Below are positions 49,182-59,997 of a stretch of 64,000 bases of DNA, in pieces. Below the pieces are notes generated by a model. That model had not been told where the DNA came from. It saw only the letters and a program-made list of their open reading frames with translations, and searched no databases. Made by a program: the position numbers and the translations under genes. Each line of letters starts with the position of its first letter. The stretch's first letter is position 1. Source of the DNA: an uncultured Oligoflexus sp. (lineage in GTDB: Bacteria; Bdellovibrionota_B; Oligoflexia; Oligoflexales; Oligoflexaceae); assembly GCA_964236955.1 (NCBI GenBank), contig CAXSGP010000002.1:65665-129664 (forward strand), in the 5' to 3' direction.

Positions 49182-50915
49182 ATGAAAAGCTTCCTTTTAG
49201 TATCCCTCCTGCTGTCGTTAACAGCCTGTAATCGGGCTAAACAAAAGGGAAATGATAGTGGCGACACGGCAGGCGCCAAGGTCGAAAACAATAGGGCTCA
49301 GCAGCCTATTGTCCCAAGCGCCAAGGAAACAACCGAGGAATTCCGCAATATTTTCTATAGCTACGCAAACAGTAAGTTTTCGAAAGAAGAGGTACAAAAG
49401 CTCGTCTATCTGCCCCCTGCCGATGTCTTGGCTCTTCGCGGTCAGGGCAGTGACCCCGCTCAACGGCTGAAAACTCTGGGTGAGGCCAGTTCTCTATTCA
49501 AACCGTCGCAGCTCTACGACTATGGCAAGTCGGTGGATTTGCAAGAAATCGCCTCGGTGGATTCTATTTTTGCAAAAAACGGCCCCATTACGATCGTCGT
49601 CGTTCCGGGAATATTCAGCGAATTTGTGGAGAGCTATAATTTCTACGAGATGATAGAAAACAGCAAAAGCGCACTCTCGATCCGATACCAAAGCGCCTTG
49701 TCCGATGCAAAAGACAGCAGCCTGAAGGTGGATAGCAGCTTTGACTTCGAAGGCTTTGGGTATAAAGATGTACCGATGGGGAAGCTGATCAGGGCAGCTA
49801 GCTACGACGATGCCAATGGCAAGCCTCTCATTCAAGTCGTAGTCCTCCGCACTTTGCCATTCTCCGGAGAATCGGTCGGCAGTCTCGAAGAAAACTCGAC
49901 GATTTTCCTTCGCCGTATGGAAAAATTCTTTACTTTGGTAGGCGAGCCGGAAAATCTCTATATCCTTGGTTATTCCCGAGGCGCTTCGGTCGCCTTGCAG
50001 ATGATCGTTGATCTGCAGGCGAAGGAATTAGCCTGGAAAAATAAGCTTCGAGGCATGATCAGTCTCGGCGGCGTGCTTTACGGGGCCGCCCTCGCCGATG
50101 CCGCCTTTGATCCGGCTGATCCCTTGCAAGCGATCGCGGCTCGTATTAAGGACCTGTCGGATAGCTTGGAATTACCGGCTGCCGATTCCACCACAGCTTC
50201 GACTTTGGCTAAAGCGACAAGGAACAGTGGCCGTTGGGTAGCGGCATCAGCGGAAGTCGCAGCAAAGGTTTTGAAGCTACCCCTGAATCCCGGTTTAAAA
50301 CTGGAAAATATTTCATCGACAAGGCCTCAACTTGATGCCAATGTCCGTATGTTGAAAGAGATCGCTTTTGATAGGTTTAACCTCTCCGACACAGGTATAA
50401 GCGAGTATTTTTTGAATATAAAAAAATTCAAATGGATACTTGACAGGGCCTTTCAGGGCATCGAAGGGCTTTCCACCAAAGCCCGCATCGCGTGGTGGAA
50501 AACCCATACCGTCCCTAGCAATATCAAATACTATTCCCTTTCGGGAGTGATGGGCGACGTGTCGAGCGAAAGCACCGGCGTCTGGGATATCGCTTCGAAT
50601 AGCCTCGCCTACAATAGCAAGGCGCTCGATTTCCTGTCTCTTCGCATCAGCTATTACCAACTCTTCAGGGTCAGCAAAAATCAGTTAACTGACAGCCAGG
50701 TCTCGGTCGACCGCTCGCGGTTTGTCATGGAAACAAATAAAATTTTGAATCCAAATCAAGACGATTTCCCAACCTACTATATGGGAATTCTAGGGGTGGA
50801 TCACTGGGGCATGTCGTTTCCCTATGCGACGGTGACAAAGAACGAGGATCAAAGTCCCTTCCCGCGCAGCATTCTTATTCAGTCCATTGGAAACTTTGTT
50901 GCGCGTCATCAATAG
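49182..50915 (+). CDS. lipoprotein alpha/beta-hydrolase (lipase-like)
   Basis: Lipobox LTAC; oxyanion VVVPGIFSE, nucleophile GYSRG, acid TDSQV and His DHWG. Confidence 0.75.
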   Translation: MKSFLLVSLLLSLTACNRAKQKGNDSGDTAGAKVENNRAQQPIVPSAKETTEEFRNIFYSYANSKFSKEEVQKLVYLPPADVLALRGQGSDPAQRLKTLGEASSLFKPSQLYDYGKSVDLQEIASVDSIFAKNGPITIVVVPGIFSEFVESYNFYEMIENSKSALSIRYQSALSDAKDSSLKVDSSFDFEGFGYKDVPMGKLIRAASYDDANGKPLIQVVVLRTLPFSGESVGSLEENSTIFLRRMEKFFTLVGEPENLYILGYSRGASVALQMIVDLQAKELAWKNKLRGMISLGGVLYGAALADAAFDPADPLQAIAARIKDLSDSLELPAADSTTASTLAKATRNSGRWVAASAEVAAKVLKLPLNPGLKLENISSTRPQLDANVRMLKEIAFDRFNLSDTGISEYFLNIKKFKWILDRAFQGIEGLSTKARIAWWKTHTVPSNIKYYSLSGVMGDVSSESTGVWDIASNSLAYNSKALDFLSLRISYYQLFRVSKNQLTDSQVSVDRSRFVMETNKILNPNQDDFPTYYMGILGVDHWGMSFPYATVTKNEDQSPFPRSILIQSIGNFVARHQ

Positions 50916-51041
50916 CGGGCCGAGGCATTCGATCCTCAAGGCTCCTGGCTATTGCCTGGCATCCATCGAGATTCCAAAGCCAGCGCTAATCAATCGACGG
51001 GAGCTGCCAGCGCCTTCTTTCGAAGAGGGCGCTAGGCTGCC

Positions 51042-53903
51042 CTATTTAATGCTGTTTTTCCAGACGGCGACCGTCGTGTTACCCGGGGACACTTTTTCAA
51101 TCCCAAATACTGAGGCATCGATCACAGTAGCAGCCTCAAAGCTCAACGAATGATTGGCGTCTTTCCTATACCCCTGCTCAACCCAATTTAAGCACTGATC
51201 GTCACTCATCCTCAACTCATCCATCCCTAAAAGATAGCAAGTGCTGTCTTTAAAGTAGGCTGAACCCGATGTTTCATTTATTCTCGATGAACCAGCAGCG
51301 GATTTGATGTCCTTAGCATAGAGGACCCCATCCTGATCGAGAGTGACAAGCCTGTCGCCATAGAGACGGGCGTTTTTTACGGGATGGAGAAGGTCAGTCC
51401 TCACGACCGTCCAATTGGCTCCTGAATCTTTGGAGATATAAACCATTCCCTTCAGGGACCCGGCGATGATTTGAGCACCCTGCACATCGATGGAACTCAA
51501 GCCTCCAGAGAGGTTTTGGATAGCGAGATTTTTCCAGTTGGCGCCAAAGTCGGTAGTATAGGATAGTCCATTGGCAGAGGCAATATAGATGGCCCCGTTC
51601 TGCACAGAGTAATCATTTATCAAGGGAGCCCCCACGTTCTCTGGCACGATCGTCCACGTGTTGCTATTATCCTTGGAAACAGCCAAACCTCGTGCCGTCG
51701 AAATATAGTAAAGGACGCCGTCCTTTACCACTTTATAACTATCGTTACTGGGCAGTCCACTGCCCTTAGAATAGTATCGCCAGCCTTGGGTCGTAAATGA
51801 GTAGATATAGAGTCCCGTATTCGAGGACAGAAACAAAAGATCGTCATACCCGCTCAGGGCATTGCCATGAAAATTGGTATAATTGTGAATCAGCGATTTC
51901 CCGGCATCGTGAGAGGTGAAGAATTCCTGTCCATTCCCAACAACTACCCAGTTGTCACGGCTTACCGCCACACTCTTGGCTGCGCCCCGATAGGGAAAGC
52001 TTGCGTTCTCGTCGAGCCAGATTTTGCCGCCGTCGACGGAATAAAAGAGACCACGGTCGGTGCCAACGAAGATTTGCTCATCAGAAACATGAATACTTTT
52101 AATAACATGCATGTCAGCATCGTCGGAAAAAAAGAGCGGTATCCAGGTAGTCCCGTCATCAATGCTAGAACAGATATAATTCGAAGCGGAACCGCAGACC
52201 GCAAATATTTTCCCTCCAAGAAGCTCCAGCGTGTGCCCCTGGCTACCCTCCAAACCATTCTTGGAGTCGAGGATTTTCCAGCTCACGCCCTGGTCGCTGG
52301 AAACGTATATACCAAGTTTTGAGGAGACAAAGATATTACCATTATGGGCCATAATGGAACTCGGCAATGTTGCGCTGATTTCCGGAAACCTCTGAATGAC
52401 TTGGGTCCAGCTTGCGCCGTCATCCTTCGATAGGGCAACACCAACGTTTGAAAGTGCGTAGATAGTGCCATTTTCAGCGTAAACATCGATCAGCGGGTTT
52501 GCTGCCGAACTGTTGCTGTTGGTCCTCTTGACAACCCAACTCTCGCCGAGGTTATTTGAAATATAGAGGCCGTCATCCGTTGCAAGATAGATGATCCTGC
52601 CATCGCAATGAACATTATTGATTTTTGCGAATGCCTTGATAAACTGCCAGGAATCGCCTGCGTCCTGTGAAAGATATAACTTTTCATCGGCAATGCCAAA
52701 AAACCTCCCTTCAGCTCGAAAGACTCTTTGCAAGCCCTTGTCAAAGGGATGAAGGGCGCCCGTAACAATATTAAACTCAGAAACCTGAGAGTAGGTCCCG
52801 CCAGCTAGCAGGCCAAGCGAAGTACAGGCCGACTCAATACCCGTCTCGCTCCTGAGTTTCAGGTATACCCTTGATAGTCCATTGCCGTTGATAAGGGGCC
52901 AGCCTAAGATTACCGAATTAAAAGTTTCCCAGATTCCGCCTGCCGCGCATCCTTCTAAGTTCGTTAGGTACATTAGCGAGGCATTTTTTGCGAGAATAGA
53001 AAGATCAGCAGTTGCCTGCTGAATCCTGGTACTCGATAAAGTCACCAGAGTTGGTGGCTCATTTGCCAATGCTTCGCTCGCAAAATTACACTCGGGCGAA
53101 ACATTGCCGATATTGCTAGCCTTGATTCCTGATGGGGCTGAAAAACCGGTGTTGCCGATTGGCGTTTCCGCGGACAGTGCATAATAGTAGAATTCACCAG
53201 TCTTTAAGCTTCCTCCCGCCGTAGAATCATTTCGATGCAGCCAACAGTTTTTGTTGGCTGAAATATTAGTTTCGATATGAATGTCGGGACTTCCCTTGAT
53301 AAACCACCTTAGAGTATAAGAAAGGGCACCGCTAACAGGCATCCAACTTACCTTTGAAACATTCGCCCCGGCTGATAAGGCAATGATCTTTGGAATTCTA
53401 TTCTCCTGGCTAAAGGTGGTGAACGGCAGGGGATGGCTGGACGTAAAGCTTTCGCCTTCAGCATTGACAATACCAGCCAGACTAAGCTCGCATAGGTCTT
53501 CGTTGGGCAGCCCCCTGGAGAGGTTTATTTCAAGACTGGATCCATTGACCACCAAGGTCCTGGGTACGATTCCATTGGATAGGCTTGCCATCTTAGAGCA
53601 GGTTAAAACCACCTGATTTAAACTCAATGGGGATGGTTTCAAAATACTGTTAAATTTTAAGACCAGCTGTCGCGAATCGGGCGATATAGGACTTCCATCC
53701 AGCACGGGCTCCGTTCGCAGAAGTTTGAGCCCTACACTGGGTAGGGGAACAGCAGCCGGCGTCTGATCGGAAGTAACCGGTGTCGGCTCTATTTTGCTTG
53801 CGATCGATTTTACTGCTGCTTCATCATCGGGAACGCCCTTTTTCTTACACGATGGAAAGAATGCAAAGGCAATCACCATTCCTGTAAGCAAGTAGCAACG
53901 CAT
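51042..53903 (-). CDS. large lipoprotein with Ig/FN3-like domains and BNR/Asp-box beta-propeller repeats
   Basis: FPSC lipobox-like site; many S.D.G..W Asp-boxes (SQDAGDSW, SKDDGASW, SSDQGVSW, SIDDGTTW, SVDGGKIW, SKDSGANW). Confidence 0.85.
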   Translation of the reverse strand: MRCYLLTGMVIAFAFFPSCKKKGVPDDEAAVKSIASKIEPTPVTSDQTPAAVPLPSVGLKLLRTEPVLDGSPISPDSRQLVLKFNSILKPSPLSLNQVVLTCSKMASLSNGIVPRTLVVNGSSLEINLSRGLPNEDLCELSLAGIVNAEGESFTSSHPLPFTTFSQENRIPKIIALSAGANVSKVSWMPVSGALSYTLRWFIKGSPDIHIETNISANKNCWLHRNDSTAGGSLKTGEFYYYALSAETPIGNTGFSAPSGIKASNIGNVSPECNFASEALANEPPTLVTLSSTRIQQATADLSILAKNASLMYLTNLEGCAAGGIWETFNSVILGWPLINGNGLSRVYLKLRSETGIESACTSLGLLAGGTYSQVSEFNIVTGALHPFDKGLQRVFRAEGRFFGIADEKLYLSQDAGDSWQFIKAFAKINNVHCDGRIIYLATDDGLYISNNLGESWVVKRTNSNSSAANPLIDVYAENGTIYALSNVGVALSKDDGASWTQVIQRFPEISATLPSSIMAHNGNIFVSSKLGIYVSSDQGVSWKILDSKNGLEGSQGHTLELLGGKIFAVCGSASNYICSSIDDGTTWIPLFFSDDADMHVIKSIHVSDEQIFVGTDRGLFYSVDGGKIWLDENASFPYRGAAKSVAVSRDNWVVVGNGQEFFTSHDAGKSLIHNYTNFHGNALSGYDDLLFLSSNTGLYIYSFTTQGWRYYSKGSGLPSNDSYKVVKDGVLYYISTARGLAVSKDNSNTWTIVPENVGAPLINDYSVQNGAIYIASANGLSYTTDFGANWKNLAIQNLSGGLSSIDVQGAQIIAGSLKGMVYISKDSGANWTVVRTDLLHPVKNARLYGDRLVTLDQDGVLYAKDIKSAAGSSRINETSGSAYFKDSTCYLLGMDELRMSDDQCLNWVEQGYRKDANHSLSFEAATVIDASVFGIEKVSPGNTTVAVWKNSIK

Positions 53904-54526
53904 CGGTTTTCACTTTCCTGAATAATAGTTGAGTGCTTCCCTGTTCGGTCGACTTCCTCATGGGGTTAACTTTTTTCATTCCTTATCTCTTTTTTAGGAT
54001 TGAAATGATTCGAAAATGAGTGAATTGGGAGCGCATCCCCCCTGCCGCAGGTGTAGCTCCTGCCGATTTTTTGAAAACAAAGACGAAAGCTTTCCCTATT
54101 GCGCCCTTGGCCGGCGGATTGGGTGCTCTATCGATGCAGGTTCGTGGGATAAGGCGACGGTTGGTCTAAGGGATCAAAGAGATCCCGCAGGCTATTCTGC
54201 GGCCTTGCTTGCCAGTTGTCGAAAATTTTTACACCTTGCAGGAATATCCTCTAAGGTCCTGATTCGATCGATGTCTGTCCAAAAAGCAGAGGTTTTAGGG
54301 TGCTTACTTTTTTGAATCGGGACTCGCTGTGATCAAAAACCAAAGACTCAGCCAACCCCGAAATGGTGTTAAACAGGCTAATTTATTGACAGTTCATTTT
54401 GGCCCGAAAGCTGCATAGGGTGAGTCCTCCACCAAGTAAATGTTTTACTTCGGGGGGAGAATACTCCAACGGCTTCAATGGCTAATGTCGCCAAACTCAA
54501 AGCCTCACACTGCTTAAGGATTCTCA

Positions 54527-55714
54527 ATGCTGCTTCGATCCAAGGCTCTGATTTCTGTTCTGGTTCTGAATACCCTTTTAACGGCTTGCGGACCAAAAGG
54601 TGATAATGGTGAACCCGGCACACCTGGTGTAAAGGGTGAGCAAGGAAAAGATGGGAGAGACGGTTTAAAAGGTGATACCGGTGCGGCTGGTGCTGCCGGC
54701 GTAGATGGTGCCAAGGGTGATAAGGGCGATGCCGGAGCTGCCGGAGCTGCTGGAGCCGATGGCGCTAAGGGCGACACGGGCGAAAAAGGTGATAAAGGCG
54801 AAGATGGGGCCGCTGGCGTTCGAAGCGTTGGCACGGATGGAAATTCGGCCGATAACGGCTCTTTGCCACAAATATTTGGAACCTTTGAACTGGGCCTAAA
54901 TAAGGCACAGCTTCCACTCGCACCGACCAGTCCAGCAGAAACGACTTTCCTCACCGCTCCGAATGGAGATCTCTTTGTGGTTAAAAAAGCTGGAAATGCT
55001 AACCACCTTGTGTCTTTAAAAATATTTAGCAGAGCCAGTGGCTATACGGATGCGCCTTTGTTTAAGCAGACTAATTTTTCTGAGTCCCTTAACCCCAATA
55101 CAAAATTCGTTATGCAGGGCAACCGAGATATTTTGGCTGTTACGCAAACGAAAAGAGTAGCTAGTTCGGATTTGGAAATCTCAATACTAAAGTCGCCCAA
55201 TTTTAATAATGCCCCGATTCATTTTGTCGTGAATGTCCCATCCGCAGAAGACCTTGATTTTGCGATGATTCCACTTGTAGCCGATACGGATCTCTTTGCT
55301 TTCGAAAGAAGTGGCAAAGCCGAAACGGGCACCAAGCTGATTCGATTGGCAGGCGCTGCTGGATTTGCACCAAAGGCTCCGATCGCCCTTAACTTCTTTA
55401 AACCAGGTCCAAAGTTCAAATTTTTGCTTGCGGATTTCTCTAATATTACGCCCGGCGGCTTTGACGACCTCATCGTTATCTCCAAAGATAACACCACGTC
55501 CGGAACAACTGAAGTCAGTGTTCTCGATTCGCATTTTCCACTGAGCAACTACCCCGGTACCTTTGATGTTCTTAACTCGTCAACTATCCTGGGTACCACT
55601 GGCGATAATTTTGAATTTGGATACGATACCCTTTCTAAACAACTGGTCGCCGTCCAGATGTCAGGAACCGCTTCGGGCAATGTTGAAGTCAGCGTCTTAA
55701 AGCGCAACCCCTAG
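54527..55714 (+). CDS. collagen-like lipoprotein with C-terminal beta-repeat domain
   Basis: Lipobox LTAC followed directly by 26 Gly-X-Y triplets; C-terminal repeats DL.V..K..T.SG..EVSVL. Confidence 0.85.
   Translation: MLLRSKALISVLVLNTLLTACGPKGDNGEPGTPGVKGEQGKDGRDGLKGDTGAAGAAGVDGAKGDKGDAGAAGAAGADGAKGDTGEKGDKGEDGAAGVRSVGTDGNSADNGSLPQIFGTFELGLNKAQLPLAPTSPAETTFLTAPNGDLFVVKKAGNANHLVSLKIFSRASGYTDAPLFKQTNFSESLNPNTKFVMQGNRDILAVTQTKRVASSDLEISILKSPNFNNAPIHFVVNVPSAEDLDFAMIPLVADTDLFAFERSGKAETGTKLIRLAGAAGFAPKAPIALNFFKPGPKFKFLLADFSNITPGGFDDLIVISKDNTTSGTTEVSVLDSHFPLSNYPGTFDVLNSSTILGTTGDNFEFGYDTLSKQLVAVQMSGTASGNVEVSVLKRNP
54590..54823 (+). repeat. collagen Gly-X-Y repeat tract
   Basis: GPKGDNGEPGTPGVKGEQ...GEDGAAGVR, 26 uninterrupted triplets. 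Confidence 0.9.
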
Positions 55715-55740
55715 TAGTTCTTTCCAGCCTTTGGGAAATG

Positions 55741-55777
55741 AAGGGAGTCTCTGCCAATGCAGAGGCTCCCTTTGCTT
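55741..55777 (+). terminator. intrinsic terminator
   Basis: AAGGGAGTCTCTGC-CAAT-GCAGAGGCTCCCTT followed by TGCTT. Confidence 0.7.
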
Positions 55778-56380
55778 GCGAACAACCTGCTCTCCAAATG
55801 ATGAGACCCCATCTTGAAATCCCCATGATCAAAACACCCAAAGTTCTATGTCTCGATCGGCAATCAAATGACAACAGGCTTTTTCCGTGCTGAGGATCAC
55901 AAGCCTCAACTTTCAGCTTTGGCAATGGTCAGGCCAAGATCGATTCTAAACAAAGGTTAAGATATTCGTCAGGACAGGATTTTTTCGCACCACAAAAGCC
56001 CTTAAGGAAGCGAATCATAATGGGTCACTGGCGAATATCCTTAAGGGAGGCCGTTTGCAAATGGAGCCGCTTTAGAAATGCAAGTCGCATGTAGAAAGAA
56101 ATATTTCCCGTTCCGCTGCTCGGCATTCCCTGCTTGCCTAACTGACAGATAAATTATTTTTTAAGCTTAGGTTTATGTTTTTATTCGTTAATCGCTTGAA
56201 AAAAAACGCTGGGCGCTTAATGCGCATATACAACCACAGTCAAACCTTCCAATATAAGTTTTATAGAAACCCCGTTAAGTCTCGAAGCTAAGGGCTGTAT
56301 AACAATTGCACTTCGCGAATCTTGCCCCTAACGTCGCCTCTTTTTCTAGGTCTTCTGCTCTCGAATTTAAAGGATTCCCA

Positions 56381-57832
56381 ATGAAATTTGTTTTAAAGAC
56401 GTCCATCGGACTGTTTGCGTCTATCGCTTTTGCACTTGGAACGACAGGCTGCAGCAACGGAGACAGCAATGATTCGCCGGTTGCAGCAGTTGATAGTGTT
56501 TTGGTGCTTTCGACCAATCCAACTCATTCAAGCACAGACGTGCCCATCAACAGAAAAGTAACGGCAACCTTTAGCGAGGCCATGGACTCGACGAGTGTCA
56601 CAACTACGAGTTTCACTCTTACTGCCGCTAGCGGAACAGCCGTCGCAGGTTCTGTCACTGCTGTTACGACCAGTGAATCGCCGGCTTTCACGTTCTCTCC
56701 TACGGCCAGCCTCACGCCGAGCACTGTTTACACAGCGAAGCTTTCAAAAAGCATCATAAACCTTAAAGGCTCGCCCCTCGCTGCTGATTATTCCTGGTCT
56801 TTCACGACAGGAGCGGCTGCCGATGCGGACGCGGTGGCGCCTGCGGCAAGTTCCAATAATCCGGAACCTGTGGCCTTGAATGTTCCCGTTAACCGAGGCC
56901 TTAGCGTTATCTTCAGCGAACCTATGGACCCCACAACAATCACAGCGCAAACTTTCGGAGTGGTCGGACCAAATAATACGGTTGTAGCCGGAACTGTAAC
57001 TTATTCTGGCTCCACCGCAACGTTTCATCCCACCCATTCTCTGGAAGCGAACACGGTCTATACGGTGACCTTGACGACCGGCGTCCGGGACTTGGCCGGG
57101 ATATCCCTTGCCAATGCCTTAGTCTGGACATTTACAACCGGTAGCGCCGCCGCCCAAGGCCCTTCTCCAGTCGCATTAGGAACGGCAGGCTCTTTTGTTA
57201 TTTTGGCAAAATCAGCAATCTCAACTACGGGTACGACTGCAATCGTTGGCAACATAGGCTTGAGTCCAGCGGCTCAGAGTTATTTGACCGGTTTCTCGGA
57301 ATCACTCGATTCTACCAATGTATTTGCTTCTTCTATATTGGTAACGGGTAAAATGTTTGCCGCTGACATGGCTGTGCCGACCCCTGCCAATCTAACGACA
57401 GCTGTTGCCGATATGGAAATTGCGTATACCGATGCTGCTGGCAGAAAGATTCCAGATTATGTCGAACTGGGTGCGGGGGACGTCAGCGGTAAAACTCTGG
57501 TGCCAGGGCTTTATAAATGGGGTACCGGTTTGTTGATGACGGCGGACGTTACGCTCGCGGGCGGCGGCGATGATGTTTGGATATTTCAGATCGCCCAGGA
57601 TCTTACAGTAGCAAACGGTGTTCAGCTAAAACTTAGCGGTGGAGCGGTTGCCAAGAATATCTTCTGGCAGGTGGCCGGACAGGTTACCTTAGGTACCACA
57701 TCCGAGTTTAAAGGCAATATCTTAAGCCAGACCCAAATTGCCTTGAAGACGGGTGCCGTTTTAAAAGGCCGGGCCTTAGCACAAACCGCAGTCACCACGG
57801 ATGCGAATGCAATCTCAAAGCCAGCCCCCTAA
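56381..57832 (+). CDS. ice-binding protein (DUF3494) lipoprotein with two Ig-like domains
   Basis: Same architecture and motifs as 40324-41820; lipobox TTGC; AAGGA RBS. Confidence 0.9.
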   Translation: MKFVLKTSIGLFASIAFALGTTGCSNGDSNDSPVAAVDSVLVLSTNPTHSSTDVPINRKVTATFSEAMDSTSVTTTSFTLTAASGTAVAGSVTAVTTSESPAFTFSPTASLTPSTVYTAKLSKSIINLKGSPLAADYSWSFTTGAAADADAVAPAASSNNPEPVALNVPVNRGLSVIFSEPMDPTTITAQTFGVVGPNNTVVAGTVTYSGSTATFHPTHSLEANTVYTVTLTTGVRDLAGISLANALVWTFTTGSAAAQGPSPVALGTAGSFVILAKSAISTTGTTAIVGNIGLSPAAQSYLTGFSESLDSTNVFASSILVTGKMFAADMAVPTPANLTTAVADMEIAYTDAAGRKIPDYVELGAGDVSGKTLVPGLYKWGTGLLMTADVTLAGGGDDVWIFQIAQDLTVANGVQLKLSGGAVAKNIFWQVAGQVTLGTTSEFKGNILSQTQIALKTGAVLKGRALAQTAVTTDANAISKPAP

Positions 57833-57959
57833 TTTAACTGCCCCATCGACGTTCGAAAAAGCCTAACAACGCCCTTATTTGTCTCAATTTAAAGCGCAGC
57901 AACGCTTTATCCTTGGTATCGAACCCATTCTTCGGACCATCCTTTTAAGGAAACATGCA

Positions 57960-59417
57960 ATGAAACTTTATTCGAAAATAAATCTCGCACTTCTGTCAAG
58001 CCTTACTCTTGCCGTCACCATCTCGGGATGTAGCGCCAGTCGTGATGATAACAATGACGGCACCCCGGCCATTACCAGTCCGGCAGCTACTTCCGTCAAG
58101 GTAACAGCCACGACGCCAACAAACGCGGCCACTGGAGTCCCCATCAATAGAAAATTGACTGTGGCCTTCAATGAACTTATGAATGCTTCGACTGTCACTA
58201 TTCAAACTTTTACACTCGTTTCAGCATCATCCGTCGCCGTCACCGGCGTGGTGACCTACGCTGCCGATAGTGGAATCTTTACCTTTAGTCCGAGCGCGAA
58301 CCTTGAGCCCAGCACCGTCTATACGGCAACCGTAAGCGTTGGCACAAAGAGCGCTGCGGGCAACACCCTGGCCAGTAACTATGTCTGGACTTTCACGACT
58401 GATACGGGAGCCGACAGCACAGCGCCTGCGGTAACGACTGCCTTTCCAGCCGGAACGCCGACCGATGTCGCAATCAATCGTCAGCTCTCTGTTACCTTTG
58501 ACGAAGCGATAGATCCCACTTCGGTTACAAGTGAAACGTATTCGGTCGTGGATTCCCATGGCGTTCACGTAGTGGGCACGTTTTCTTACCTGGGCACGAC
58601 GGTCCGTTTTTTGCCGACTCAAGCTCTCTCTGCCAACACTGTGTATACGGTGACCGTGACGACTGGCGTAAAGGATTTGGCGGGTAATGCTCTCCCGCAA
58701 GCTTCCGTATGGACCTTCACCACGGGCTCCATCGCGGCAAAGGGCCCTTCCCCCGTTCCCTTAGGAACAGCTGGCGAATATGTGATTCTAGCGAAATCGG
58801 CAATCTCGACGACCGGCACGACAGCAATCGTAGGCGACCTTGGCCTAAGTCCCGCTGCTCAGAGTTTTATGACTGGTTTTTCCGAGACTTTGGACTCCAC
58901 GAACGTCTTTGCAAATTCGATTCTTGTGACGGGTAAAATGTTTGCGGCGGACATGGCTGTGCCGACTCCCTCTAAGTTGACAACAGCGATCAGCGATATG
59001 GAAATCGCCTTTACCGATGCCGCGGGTCGAGTGACACCCGACTTTGACGAGTTAGGAGCGGGCGACATTAGTGGGAAAACTTTAGTGCCTGGGCTTTATA
59101 ACTGGGGCACGGGGCTGGCTGTAACATCTGATATTACCTTGGCAGGCGGTGCAAATGATGTATGGATTTTTCAAATCGCCCAGGACATCACCGTAGGCAA
59201 TGGGGTGAAGGTCACATTAAGCGGTGGCGCATTGCCGAAAAATATCTTCTGGCAGGTCTCCGGCCAAGTGTCCCTTGGGACGACGGCCGAATTTAAAGGT
59301 GTGATCTTAGGCAAAACCCAAATCAACCTTAATACCGGCGCGGTTTTGAATGGACGGGCCCTTGCTCAAACAGCCGTGACCTTAAATGCCAATACAGTGA
59401 CTCAACCCACACCTTGA
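57960..59417 (+). CDS. ice-binding protein (DUF3494) lipoprotein with two Ig-like domains
   Basis: Tandem paralogue; lipobox ISGC; AAGGA RBS. Confidence 0.9.
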   Translation: MKLYSKINLALLSSLTLAVTISGCSASRDDNNDGTPAITSPAATSVKVTATTPTNAATGVPINRKLTVAFNELMNASTVTIQTFTLVSASSVAVTGVVTYAADSGIFTFSPSANLEPSTVYTATVSVGTKSAAGNTLASNYVWTFTTDTGADSTAPAVTTAFPAGTPTDVAINRQLSVTFDEAIDPTSVTSETYSVVDSHGVHVVGTFSYLGTTVRFLPTQALSANTVYTVTVTTGVKDLAGNALPQASVWTFTTGSIAAKGPSPVPLGTAGEYVILAKSAISTTGTTAIVGDLGLSPAAQSFMTGFSETLDSTNVFANSILVTGKMFAADMAVPTPSKLTTAISDMEIAFTDAAGRVTPDFDELGAGDISGKTLVPGLYNWGTGLAVTSDITLAGGANDVWIFQIAQDITVGNGVKVTLSGGALPKNIFWQVSGQVSLGTTAEFKGVILGKTQINLNTGAVLNGRALAQTAVTLNANTVTQPTP

Positions 59418-59931
59418 AAGACTTCCATTGGCTTTAATTGAGAGCCTCCCGAGGCAGACCGCACAGCGCTCTGCCTCAATTTCTAGCTGGCTTATCTTCA
59501 TCAAGTTAGATCCCAATTGCTCTCCTAAGATTTCCGAATCTTCGCCATTGATAGGGGCGGGCATACATCAAATCCCTTGAAATTTTTCGCCAGAGTCTTT
59601 AGACCAAGACGGCAGCGAAGTCACGAAGATTCCCGCCGCTCAACTTAGCTCGCGGCGCTGCACGTCGCGCCTCATGGGTTCGGCCATTTCCTACTTATAA
59701 ACATCGGGATAGCATGGACCACGGCGGCCCCCCAAGGAGCCATCTCCAAGCTTCTCAGAGGGCGCAAAGCGAAGCGTCGCGATGGATTTATCCAATGTCC
59801 GCGAGTGAATTCGCTCAACCATGGTGCCTATCGTCAAATTTTATTCCATTTGCCACAACTCCGGTCTTGTGTAATAGACAACCGTCTAAAACTTTCACAT
59901 TAAATACTTAAATAATTTAAGGACTTAAACC

Positions 59932-59947
59932 TGGCATCTAAGTTGCT
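59932..59947 (+). promoter_or_regulatory. sigma-54 promoter
   Basis: TGGCATCTAAGTTGCT, 50 nt upstream of ATG 59998 and preceded by an AT-rich tract. Confidence 0.7.
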
Positions 59948-59997
59948 TCATAAAGCTGTGTCGAATAGCATTCCCAACTGGACTTGGTGAGAAGAAA

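Noticed and set aside
54016..54315. Cys-rich 99-aa ORF
   Set aside because: No clear RBS or recognisable domain; cannot be distinguished from a chance ORF.
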